Of a DNA stretch of 40,756 bases, positions 27,562 to 36,026 are shown in pieces. Under the pieces are notes generated by a model. The model saw only the letters and a program-made list of their open reading frames with translations, made no database searches and was not told the DNA's origin. A program made the translations under genes and the position numbers. Origin of the DNA: a bacterium (GTDB lineage Bacteria > Patescibacteriota > Minisyncoccia > Minisyncoccales > JAUYFS01); NCBI GenBank assembly GCA_030689665.1, contig JAUYFS010000002.1:1-40756 (forward strand), read 5' to 3'. Every line of letters starts with the position of its first letter. Position 1 is the first letter of the stretch.

Positions 27562-27632
27562 CTGCCGGACTAGGATTCGAACCTAGATTAACAGGGCCAG
27601 AACCTGTCGTCCTACCGTTAGACGATCCGGCA
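27562..27632 (-). tRNA. tRNA-Gln(CTG), CCA not encoded
   Basis: TGCCGGA/TCCGGCA acceptor, ACAGG-TTCTGGC-CCTGT anticodon arm, CTAGG-TTCGAAT-CCTAG T arm. Confidence 0.95.
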
Positions 27633-27635
27633 ATG

Positions 27636-28550
27636 CTATATTTTTAGATATCTTCTTATTGCGATAAGGGTTGAGATTACTCCAAGGCCAACGCCAACCA
27701 GTAAATTTATGAGGAAAATAATTGGCCATTTTGAAGCGAAAAAACCAAACAAACTGAATCCTCCCAAAATATCAGCAATTTTTGAATCTATCAAAAAGAT
27801 AGCTATTGCGAAAAAAATAAATGTCGCAAAAGCTGAAATTAATCCAACTAAAACTCCCTGAATCAAAAACGGGCCGCGAATAAACCAGTCAGACGCGCCA
27901 ACCAATCTCATAACATTAACCTCTTCCCTGGCATTATAAATTATTAAGCGCAAAGTGTTAAAAGCAACCAAAATCGCCAAAATTGAAGTCAAAATAATTA
28001 ATCCATTCATCAAATTATTCACATTTTTTGTCGTGCTGAACAAATTTTCAATCACCTTCCTGTTTTCCTGATAATCAACTTTTTCAATGTATTCTTTGTA
28101 GCTGCTGCTTTCTATGAAACTGGTTATTTTGCTGTAATCGCTTGAATTATACGCTTTTATGTTCAAAGACGCTGAAAACGGGTTGCCGCCGATTTCGTCA
28201 AGCGACTGCATCAAGGTATCGTCATTTTTGTGTTTTTCTTTAAATTCTTCCAAAGTATCGCTCGGCGAAATATATTCAATCGCTTTTACTTCCGGCATTT
28301 TTTTCAAGTCATCTTTTAGCGCTGAAATGGCATTGTCTTCCGCATCCAAATTAAAATAAACCGAGATGTCAATTTTTTCGTTTATTCTGTCCACAAAAAA
28401 ATCAACCAGCCCCTTAAACAAAAAACTCCCGGTAATCAAGCTTAAACTCAAACACAAAACAATAATCGTTGCCGTGATGCCAATTGTGTTTCTTTTAAAA
28501 AATGTCAGTCCTGATTTTAAGGCTCTTTCAAAAAGAATAAATTTGTTCAT
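27636..28550 (-). CDS. ftsX: Cell division permease FtsX
   Basis: TM + extracellular loop + 3 TM; NTLRL...REEVNVMRLVGASDWFIRGPF; adjacent to ftsE. Confidence 0.93.
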   Translation of the reverse strand: MNKFILFERALKSGLTFFKRNTIGITATIIVLCLSLSLITGSFLFKGLVDFFVDRINEKIDISVYFNLDAEDNAISALKDDLKKMPEVKAIEYISPSDTLEEFKEKHKNDDTLMQSLDEIGGNPFSASLNIKAYNSSDYSKITSFIESSSYKEYIEKVDYQENRKVIENLFSTTKNVNNLMNGLIILTSILAILVAFNTLRLIIYNAREEVNVMRLVGASDWFIRGPFLIQGVLVGLISAFATFIFFAIAIFLIDSKIADILGGFSLFGFFASKWPIIFLINLLVGVGLGVISTLIAIRRYLKI

Positions 28551-29233
28551 AACATAAATCTCCCTTTTTCCTCGTCGCGGATAATTTTTCCTTTTTCCAG
28601 GGTTATCACCCGCTTGCCGAGGATATTAATTAAATCTTTGTCGTGGGTTGCCAATAAAATTGTCGTTCCCAGTTCGTTTATTTTCAGCAAAAGTTTTATG
28701 ATGTCTCTGGCGTGATAAGGGTCCAAATTTCCTGTCGGCTCGTCTGCCAAAATAAGCTCCGGCCTGTGAACTAAAGCCCTTGCTATGGCGATTCGCTGTT
28801 TTTCTCCAGCGGAAAGTTCGTCCGGGAAACTATCGCCCCTTTCTCTTAATCCGACAACTTCCAAAACTTGCGGCACTTCTTTTTTTATTCGGTCTTCAGG
28901 GGTTCCGATAACTTCCAGCGCGTAAGCGATGTTTTCATAAACAGTCATTGATTTTAAAAGTTTGTAATCCTGAAAAACCATTCCAACCTCGCGTCTTAAA
29001 AACGGCAAATCCTCAAAATCAAGCTTTGAAACCTCTATGTCTTTAAAATAAATTTTGCCGTGAGTCGGCTTTTCTTCACCTAATAATAAACGAAAAATCG
29101 TTGTTTTTCCAGAGCCCGAACGGCCTATCAAAGAAACAAATTCTCCCTGCGTAATTTCAAAATCAACTTCCTCAAGGGCAAAACCCTTTTTGGGATAATT
29201 TTTGCTGATTTTTTTAAACTTTATCAAAGCCAT
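28547..29233 (-). CDS. ftsE: Cell division ATP-binding protein FtsE
   Basis: GRSGSGKT, LRREVGMVFQDYKLL, LSAGEKQR, ADEPTGNLD. Confidence 0.93.
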   Translation of the reverse strand: MALIKFKKISKNYPKKGFALEEVDFEITQGEFVSLIGRSGSGKTTIFRLLLGEEKPTHGKIYFKDIEVSKLDFEDLPFLRREVGMVFQDYKLLKSMTVYENIAYALEVIGTPEDRIKKEVPQVLEVVGLRERGDSFPDELSAGEKQRIAIARALVHRPELILADEPTGNLDPYHARDIIKLLLKINELGTTILLATHDKDLINILGKRVITLEKGKIIRDEEKGRFML

Positions 29234-29234
29234 A

Positions 29235-30252
29235 TTATAATTTTATCTCAGTTGCAATGAATTTGTCCAAGTCGCCGTCCAAAACCAAATCTAATTGCCT
29301 GTTCTCAACCTTTGTTCTGTGATCTTTTACCAGTTGGTAAGGATGAAAAACATATGACCTTATCTGCTGGCCCCAAGTTGCCGCGCTCTTGCCCTTCATT
29401 TTTAACAGTTCTTTTTCTTTTTTTTCTTCTTCAGTTTGCAGCAATTTTGCTTTCAAAATTTTCAGCGCTCTTTCTTTGTTCGCTCCCTGGCTTCTCTCAT
29501 TTTGACAACTGACCACGATTCCTGTCAGCAAATGAACTATTCTGATTGCGCTTTCCCTTTTATTCACGTATTGACCGCCAGGCCCTGATGCTCTGAAGGT
29601 GTCAATTCTTAAATCATCGGGCTTTATTTCCACATTTTTCACATCTCCTAAGTCCGGAATTACCTCCACTGACGCAAAAGAGGTGTGCCTTAATTTTTTG
29701 GCTGAAAACGGCGAAATCCTTACTAATCTATGAACCCCTGCCTCGCCTTTTAAAATACCGTAGGCAAAATTCCCCCTTACTTCAAAAATTATATTTTTTC
29801 TTCCAACCCTGTCCTCAACTCGCGCTTCGGTAAAAGTTTCGTCTAAAACCCTGTATTTAAATCCTTTTTTTTCAAAAAATCTGCTGAACATCCGCGTTAA
29901 AATTGAAACCCAATCTTCCGCGTCTTGGCCGCCGGTTCCTGATTTAATTGTCAAAAAAGCATTTTCTCTGTCAAATTTTTTGCGCAAATAAAAATAAATT
30001 TCCTGCTCTTTAATTTCCTTGTTTAATTTTTCAATTTTTTCGCCAATTTCTAATTTTATTCCCTCGTCCTTATCCGCTAATTCGAAAATTTCTTCAATTA
30101 ATTCGCTTTCTTTTTGCCAATTATTTAGATAATCAACAAGAATTTTGCTTTGAAAGTCGTTTTTTTCAATTCTTTCAATGTCAAAGACACTGGTTTAATT
30201 GTCCCAAATGGTTTTTCAAATCTATGATTTTTTGCGATAAATCTTTTTCCAT
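29235..30252 (-). CDS. prfB: Peptide chain release factor 2 with programmed +1 frameshift (about 338 aa)
   Basis: ATG at 30252, 23 codons, then CTT TGA C at 30186-30180; the +1 frame joins the 29235-29987 ORF, which carries the SPF and GGQ motifs. Confidence 0.93.
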
Positions 30253-30317
30253 AGTTTTAAATTTGGCTTCTGTGCTTCATGTTTCATGCCTTGTTTCATG
30301 TCCTGCATTTCTTTTTG

Positions 30318-30552
30318 AGCCGAGGAGAGGAATTGAACCCCCAACCACTCCGATAAGCGCAAGCGCTATCGGAGTGATCTGCTTCTCCCGCCAAGTTTTG
30401 CCAGAGCCAGCGGTCGGGGTCGAACCGACGACCTACGGTTTACGATACCGTTGCTCTACCGGCTGAGCTACGCTGGCAAAACTTGGCGGGAGAAGCTGCC
30501 GCCCCGTTTTACGGGGCGAGCCTCGCCCTTTTAAGGCGGAAGCTACCTTGGC
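30318..30552 (-). pseudogene. Split outer tRNA-Thr-like relic enclosing the intact tRNA-Thr
   Basis: 5' GCCAAGG-TA-GCT..., anticodon-stem-like GCTTC/GAAGC, T arm GGGGG-TTCAATT-CCTCT, 3' CCTCGGC-T. Confidence 0.7.
30405..30477 (-). tRNA. tRNA-Thr(CGT)
   Basis: 73-nt cloverleaf GCCAGCG/CGCTGGC, ACGGT-ATCGTAA-ACCGT, GTCGG-TTCGACC-CCGAC. Confidence 0.95.
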
Positions 30553-30554
30553 GG

Positions 30555-30767
30555 TGCGGGATATGGGAATCGGATTGTGCTTGGTCCCGTAACAATTTTG
30601 CTCAGTTCTGGTGCGAGTAGCGGGAATTGAACCCGCGCCTCAAGCTTGGGAAGCTTACATCATGCCACTAGACTATACTCGCAAAATTGAACGGGATCCT
30701 CTATTTTGTAATCCCGACAAATCGGGAACAAAATCGGGAACAGTCGCTGCCACTCAACTAATCCCGC
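30555..30767 (-). pseudogene. Split outer tRNA-Gly-like relic enclosing the intact tRNA-Gly
   Basis: 5' GCGGGAT-TA-GTTGAGTGGCAGCGAC; 3' CGATTCCCAT-ATCCCGC-A-CC, giving a perfect 7-bp acceptor stem. Confidence 0.65.
30609..30682 (-). tRNA. tRNA-Gly(CCC), CCA encoded
   Basis: GCGAGTA/TACTCGC, TAAGC-TTCCCAA-GCTTG, GCGGG-TTCAATT-CCCGC, A-CCA. Confidence 0.95.
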
Positions 30768-30768
30768 C

Positions 30769-31173
30769 TTACTTAAAAATACCCTTTATTTTTTCAATAA
30801 TTCCGCCGGCCGGCGTCAAGGATTTAGAACCGTCTACTTCCTCAACTTCCACGCCCTCAATAACAACCGCATTCTCCCCTTGTTTTTGCAAGTTCAATTT
30901 TTCTCTCGCTTGCTCCTCAATAAAAACTTCTTTTTGAGTTTCATTGAATTGCGATTGAAGAGACGCTTTTTGATCCTCAAGTTTTCTGATTTCATTCGTT
31001 AATTTCAAAACCTTGTTCTCAAGTTGGGCTCGCCTGTTTATCATTTCAAAATTTTTAACAACAAGAAAAATAACTCCCAAAACCGCTAAAATAGAAATCG
31101 CTATCCCAATGTATTTTTTTGCTTCTTTTATTATTTTTCTGCCCTTTTGAGGAACGCTTTTTTTTGCTATCAT
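30769..31173 (-). CDS. Septum formation initiator (FtsB/DivIC-like)
   Basis: Single TM, coiled coil, and IEEQAREKLNLQKQGE motif. Confidence 0.8.
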   Translation of the reverse strand: MIAKKSVPQKGRKIIKEAKKYIGIAISILAVLGVIFLVVKNFEMINRRAQLENKVLKLTNEIRKLEDQKASLQSQFNETQKEVFIEEQAREKLNLQKQGENAVVIEGVEVEEVDGSKSLTPAGGIIEKIKGIFK

Positions 31174-31192
31174 AAATATTAAAAGTTAAACT

Positions 31193-31297
31193 ATGATTTC
31201 TAAAAAATACAAAAAAATATTTTCAATTGTCTGGATTGTTTTAATCTCGCTCGTAATAATCAGTATGGTTATTTCTTATTTTGCGCCTATTTTTTAA
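31193..31297 (+). CDS. 34-aa small membrane protein (not in the ORF track)
   Basis: MISKKYKKIFSIVWIVLISLVIISMVISYFAPIF*: basic N-terminus plus one TM helix. Confidence 0.6.
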   Translation: MISKKYKKIFSIVWIVLISLVIISMVISYFAPIF

Positions 31298-31331
31298 CAT
31301 TCTGCCACAAAATCGCTCTTTTTTCAAGGCA

Positions 31332-33134
31332 TTATTCATTCCTTATCGCTTCTAAAAACGCTCTGGCTGGAATTTTTATCTGGCCTTTCTCTTTTATTTT
31401 TGCCTTGTTCTTTTTTTGTTTTTCAAGCAGTTTTCTTTTTCTGGTATAATCGCCGCCGTACAAAGGAGCTGTCACGTCTCTTCCAAATGTACTAATGTTT
31501 TCTCTGGCGATAATTTTTCCGCTGATTTTCGCCTGTAAAGCAACGCTGAAAATCTGAGCCGGAATTACATTTTTTAATTTAAGCAAAAACCTTCTGCCCT
31601 CTTTTTCCGCTTTGTTGGTTGGTAAAATCATGGCCAATGACGGCTCTTCTTTTCCGTTTATCAAAATATCAACTTTAACCAAATCGCTTTCCTTATAACC
31701 CGAAAGCTGATAGCCCATTGAAGCAAAACCCTGGCTCAAACTTTTTAATTTTTCATAAAAATCAGTGATTATTTCCCGCAAAGGAATTTCTGTTTTTAAA
31801 ATCAATCTGGTTTGGTCTAAAAATTTAGTTTCTATGGCCCCGGCTCCCTTTTGTTTTATAAGCTCGGAAATTCTGTTGAGATACTGGGCTGTCGTGATAA
31901 CTTCCAAAAAAACATTCGGCTCAAAAGTTTTATTTACTGTTGCCGGGTCTGGCCAATCAACTGAGGAATAAATGATTTTTTCTTTTCCGTTTTTCAATTC
32001 CGCTTTATAGACAACGCTCGGCGCCGAAACCACCAATTCAAGCCCAAACTCGCGCCTCAGCCGTTCGGTAATGATTTCAGCGTGCAATAATCCCAAAAAA
32101 CCGCACAAAAAACCTCTTCCCAAAATCGGTTTTTTCTCCAACTGGAAAAACAAGGAAGCGTCATTTAATTTCAATTGTTCCAAAGAACTTTTCAATAAAT
32201 CAAAATCATTGCTGTCGTCCGGATAAATGCTTAAAAAAACAAAGGGGCTTATTTCTTTATAGCCCTCCAGGGGCTGAATTTTATTTCCCTGCAATTTGAA
32301 ATCTTTCAAACTGGTTATTGTTTCGCCAACCCTTACTTTTTCGGTTTCCTTGATTCCTGTGGCAATATAACCAATGTCGCCGGAAACTATTTCCGGATAT
32401 TTTTTAAGTTCCGGCTCAAAATAACCAACCTCTTTATTTTTTCCCCTTGTTTGACTGACAAAGCAATAAATTTCTTCGCCTGTTTCTATTTTTCCTTCAA
32501 AAACCCTTACATAAGCGATAATGCCTTTAAAAGAATCAAATTTTGAATCAAAAACCAGGCATTTTAGCGGTTTATTTTGTTCAACGCGAGGCGCGGGAAT
32601 TTTCTCAATAATCAAATCAATTAATTTATCAATATTGGTTCCGTTTTTCGCGGAAATTTCCAAAACTTCATCAGGAAAAATGTTTAAAACTTTGGCGATT
32701 TGTTCTTTGGTTTCTTTCGTCTGGGCTTGCGGCGAATCAATTTTATTAACAGCCGGAATTACAACCAGTCCTTGTTTTTGCGCCAATTCCAAATTATAAA
32801 TCGTCTGCGCCTGAATTCCTTGCGTGGCATCTACCAGTAAAACAGCGCCTTCCACTGCCGCCAAAGCCCTCGAAACCTCGTAAGAAAAATCAATATGTCC
32901 CGGAGTGTCAACCAAATTAAGAATAAAATCCTTATCGTCTTTTTTTAATTTCAAACGGCAGGGCTGCATTTTTATGGTGATTCCCTTTTCCTGTTCCAAA
33001 TCCATCATATCCAAATATTGGGGGTGCATTTTTTCTTTTGGAACTGCGTTGGTCAATTCCAAAAAACGGTCGGCTAGGGTTGATTTGCCGTGGTCAATGT
33101 GGCTTATAATCACAAAATTTCTAATCTCAGCCAT
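31332..33134 (-). CDS. lepA: Elongation factor 4
   Basis: IRNFVIISHIDHGKSTLADR, DTPGHIDF, GFLGLLH, YGGDYTRKRKLLEKQK. Confidence 0.98.
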   Translation of the reverse strand: MAEIRNFVIISHIDHGKSTLADRFLELTNAVPKEKMHPQYLDMMDLEQEKGITIKMQPCRLKLKKDDKDFILNLVDTPGHIDFSYEVSRALAAVEGAVLLVDATQGIQAQTIYNLELAQKQGLVVIPAVNKIDSPQAQTKETKEQIAKVLNIFPDEVLEISAKNGTNIDKLIDLIIEKIPAPRVEQNKPLKCLVFDSKFDSFKGIIAYVRVFEGKIETGEEIYCFVSQTRGKNKEVGYFEPELKKYPEIVSGDIGYIATGIKETEKVRVGETITSLKDFKLQGNKIQPLEGYKEISPFVFLSIYPDDSNDFDLLKSSLEQLKLNDASLFFQLEKKPILGRGFLCGFLGLLHAEIITERLRREFGLELVVSAPSVVYKAELKNGKEKIIYSSVDWPDPATVNKTFEPNVFLEVITTAQYLNRISELIKQKGAGAIETKFLDQTRLILKTEIPLREIITDFYEKLKSLSQGFASMGYQLSGYKESDLVKVDILINGKEEPSLAMILPTNKAEKEGRRFLLKLKNVIPAQIFSVALQAKISGKIIARENISTFGRDVTAPLYGGDYTRKRKLLEKQKKNKAKIKEKGQIKIPARAFLEAIRNE

Positions 33135-33140
33135 AAATTT

Positions 33141-34454
33141 TTAAAAGTTTTTTATTTTTTTATTGAGCAGCAAAAACAAAAGGCAAAATTCAAATATGGA
33201 AGAAATGGTAAATGCCAACGCCAATCCGTAAATTCTTTCAGCGCCGATAAAAAAATAAAACAAAAAGAAAACAGACAATAAAACATTTATCGCAACGCCC
33301 AAGAAAGTGGCAATGGTCGGAATTTTCGTGTCATGAAGGGCAAAAAACGCGCGCACCACCAAAGAGTACAAAGAATTAAAAACAATGCTTACACTGAAAA
33401 TTTTCAAAAGCATGGCGGTAAGTTCCACTGAAACCAAAGAAAATTTTCCGGTCATCAAAATAATTTTTATTATCGGAGTGCTGAAAATAAAAAGAATCAA
33501 GGCCAGCGGCGCGGTCAATAAAATAATTTTTTCAAATGAATACCAAAAGCTTTTTAAAAATTCTTTGATATTCTCAATATTGGAATTTTTAGCCAAAAGC
33601 GGAAATACTGCTGTTGATATTGAAAAAGCGACAATTTGTTGGGGCATCAATTGCAAGTTATTGGAAAAACTAAAAACGGAAATTGCGCCGGCGCCCAAAA
33701 AAGAAGCCAAGGCGGTCATAACAATCCAATTCAGCTGGGCGGCGCTGGAACTTAAAACTCTGGGAATCATCAGTTTAAAAATCTTTTTCATTTGTTTGTC
33801 CTTAAAATCAACTAAAAAGCTGTATCTGAAACCGCATTGATAAATTGAAGGAATTTTCGTTATCAAAAATAAAAAGGCGCCAAAAACCACGCCCAGAGTA
33901 ACTCCAAAAATGCCATATTTAGGAGCCAAATATAAAATCCCAAAAATTATTCCCAAATTATAAAAAACAGGTCCCAACCCATAAACTAAAAATCTGTGGA
34001 AGTGATTTAAAATTGAGGAAAAAAGATTTGCAACTCCGAAAATTATCGGGCTTAAAAACAAAATTCTCGTCAAAAAAATAGCCATGGATTTTTGCTCAAT
34101 TGAAAATCCCGGAGCGACAAATTGTATTAAAATTGGGGACAACAAAAACAAAAAAATTGAACCAAGAACCAAAAATATAAAAAAAATGTTCAGAACATTG
34201 TTGGCCAATCGCCACGCGCTTTGTTCATTTTCTTTGAATTCTTGCGCAAAAACCGGCAAAAAAGCGACTAAAATTCCTCCGCCAATAATTATGGCGTAAA
34301 TAAAATCAGGAATTCTGAAAGCCGCGTAATAAATATCCAGCTCGCCGCTTGCCCCGAACCGTCCGGCCAATAATCTGTCCCTTAACAATCCCAATAAAAC
34401 GCTTATGGCGCTCGTTATTATTAAAATAATGGAACCTTGCTTTATGATTTTCAT
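33141..34454 (-). CDS. murJ: Lipid II flippase MurJ/MviN
   Basis: LGLLRD...FGAS...AAFRIPD, multiple TM helices, RAFFALHDTKIP. Confidence 0.92.
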   Translation of the reverse strand: MKIIKQGSIILIITSAISVLLGLLRDRLLAGRFGASGELDIYYAAFRIPDFIYAIIIGGGILVAFLPVFAQEFKENEQSAWRLANNVLNIFFIFLVLGSIFLFLLSPILIQFVAPGFSIEQKSMAIFLTRILFLSPIIFGVANLFSSILNHFHRFLVYGLGPVFYNLGIIFGILYLAPKYGIFGVTLGVVFGAFLFLITKIPSIYQCGFRYSFLVDFKDKQMKKIFKLMIPRVLSSSAAQLNWIVMTALASFLGAGAISVFSFSNNLQLMPQQIVAFSISTAVFPLLAKNSNIENIKEFLKSFWYSFEKIILLTAPLALILFIFSTPIIKIILMTGKFSLVSVELTAMLLKIFSVSIVFNSLYSLVVRAFFALHDTKIPTIATFLGVAINVLLSVFFLFYFFIGAERIYGLALAFTISSIFEFCLLFLLLNKKIKNF

Positions 34455-34534
34455 TTAAAATCGTTGAATTCTAAGTATTTTATCATCAAAAATCGTTTCT
34501 CGGCAAATTTAACATTGTATTTTTAAAAAATAAA

Positions 34535-34582
34535 ACCCTCCCAACTTTTTGGTTTGCTGCCAAACCAAAAAGTTGGGAGGGT
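34535..34582. repeat. Perfect 22-bp ACCCTCCCAA-family palindrome abutting the rnpB 3' end
   Basis: ACCCTCCCAACTTTTTGGTTTG-CTGC-CAAACCAAAAAGTTGGGAGGGT. Confidence 0.88.
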
Positions 34583-34583
34583 G

Positions 34584-34926
34584 AACCGGGTGGGTTATAA
34601 GCCGGATTCTGTCGTCGATAAATCGGACTGGCAATCATTTTTCTGGTTCCGACATTGCTGTCGGAATCAAGCGGCCTACTTTTTTCTTCCGAAGAAGTTT
34701 GGCCTTGCACCCAAGTAAGGATTTAGCCGTTTCAATTCCGATGTTTCCATCGGAACTCACCCCAAAGGGTGTCCTGAATTTTTCAATTCAAGACGTCTCT
34801 GTTCGCACCTCTCATCTTGCGATGGACGGGAATTACCCGCTACCATTGCCCCAATTTTCATTAAAGCTAGGTGTCCGGACTTTCCTCTCCTGATAAATCA
34901 AGAGCGATTGCCTACCCACCCGGTTT
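34584..34926 (-). ncRNA. rnpB: RNase P RNA
   Basis: Conserved GAGGAAAGTCCGG and ACAGAATCCGGCTTA; P1 AACCGGGTGGGT/ACCCACCCGGTT. Confidence 0.95.
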
Positions 34927-34927
34927 G

Positions 34928-34962
34928 CCCTCCTAGATTTTTCAGAGAAAAATTTGGGAGGG
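34928..34962. repeat. CCCTCC-family palindrome abutting the rnpB 5' end
   Basis: CCCTCCTAGATTTTTC-AGA-GAAAAATTTGGGAGGG. Confidence 0.75.
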
Positions 34963-34998
34963 TTGTATTATCAATAATACAATTACTGAATAATATTG

Positions 34999-35907
34999 TC
35001 AAGATTTAAAATACTCGTCCAGGGGCGGAATAATTTGTTTTTTGCGCGACATCATTCCGTCAATCCAAGCTGATTTTTCTTTTAATTTTATATTGAAAAT
35101 TTTCTCAATTTTTTCCTCTTGGCCTTCAATAAAAAATTCGCTTCCCTCTTTCAAAATATCAGTTGCCGCGAAAATCAAACAATCATAACCTTTTTCTTGT
35201 TTCACTTGTTCCATTGCCGTGTTTATTTCCAATTTCCTTTCTTTTAAAAATGCCTCTATCCCAACAATTTCAATTTGGCCTATGCCAAATTTTTTGGCGC
35301 CAAAAATAAATTCCTTAAAATCCCTTAAAATCAATTCTTTTGCCGGTTTGTCCAAATCCATTCCCGCTTGTTTAATTTCTTTGCCAAATTTTTCCAAGTC
35401 AAAATTCAATTTTTTGTTTAATTTCTCTGCTGTTTTTTTGTCTTTTTCAGTTGTTGTCGGAGATTTAAAAATAACAGTGTCTGAAAGAATTGAACAAAGC
35501 AAAATACCGGCAATGTTGTCGGGAATTTCCATATTTTCGCTGAAAAATTTTTCCGCAATTATTGTTGCCGTGGAACCAACCGCTTCTGAAATGAAATTTA
35601 TCGGCTCTGGATAGGAAAAATTGATTTTGTGATGGTCTATAACTTCAATTATTTTCGGGCTGCCGTCAATTATTTGTTCTTTTTCATTATGGTCAACCAA
35701 AACCAGTTGTTTTCCGTCAGCGTTTTCCAATAATTCCGGTTCCGGAAAACCGAATTTTTCCAGAACAAATTTTGTTTCCGGATTAATATCGCCGGCGCGA
35801 GCTGGTTTAACTTCCCAACCACTTTTTTCCTTTAAAAAATAAGTAAGGGCTATTGCAGAACAGATTGAATCAGTATCCGGGTTTTTGTGGCCTATTATGT
35901 AAATCAT
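34999..35907 (-). CDS. ppaC: Mn-dependent inorganic pyrophosphatase (family II, DHH)
   Basis: GHKNPDTDS, LVDHNE, IDHH, ILSDT...SPTTT, SRKKQIIP. Confidence 0.95.
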   Translation of the reverse strand: MIYIIGHKNPDTDSICSAIALTYFLKEKSGWEVKPARAGDINPETKFVLEKFGFPEPELLENADGKQLVLVDHNEKEQIIDGSPKIIEVIDHHKINFSYPEPINFISEAVGSTATIIAEKFFSENMEIPDNIAGILLCSILSDTVIFKSPTTTEKDKKTAEKLNKKLNFDLEKFGKEIKQAGMDLDKPAKELILRDFKEFIFGAKKFGIGQIEIVGIEAFLKERKLEINTAMEQVKQEKGYDCLIFAATDILKEGSEFFIEGQEEKIEKIFNIKLKEKSAWIDGMMSRKKQIIPPLDEYFKS

Positions 35908-35914
35908 AGTTTTT

Positions 35915-36026
35915 TACCCTCCCAAATTTTTGTTTTTTCCAAAAAAGAAAGGGTGAATTTAATTTTTTTTAATTTTGGCATCGCCCCGCAATTTTGACTT
36001 GTATAAGTCAAAAACTTGGGAGGGTG
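35915..36026. repeat. MITE/REP-like inverted-repeat element, ACCCTCCCAA family
   Basis: TACCCTCCCAAATTTTTG ... CAAAAACTTGGGAGGGTG; the right arm encodes the rnhA C-terminus FTLPSF*. Confidence 0.8.

Noticed and set aside
26352..27586. ORFs 26352-26624, 26387-26572 and 27299-27586 (LRQGYGEP peptides)
   Set aside because: They are translations of the GC-rich direct repeat and tRNA, not independent genes.
29235..29987. Truncated prfB pseudogene
   Set aside because: Explained by the canonical CTT TGA C programmed frameshift with an upstream ATG at 30252.
30318..30767. Group I/II intron or integrative element explaining the split tRNAs
   Set aside because: The inserts are only about 100-150 nt, consist of hairpins plus a tRNA, show no ribozyme core, have no integrase, and are bounded by inverted rather than direct repeats.
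30224..30937. ORFs 30224-30466 and 30611-30937
   Set aside because: They are antisense readings of tRNA genes (GIEP/GVEP signatures).
34486..34893. ORFs 34486-34710 and 34699-34893
   Set aside because: They overlap the RNase P RNA.
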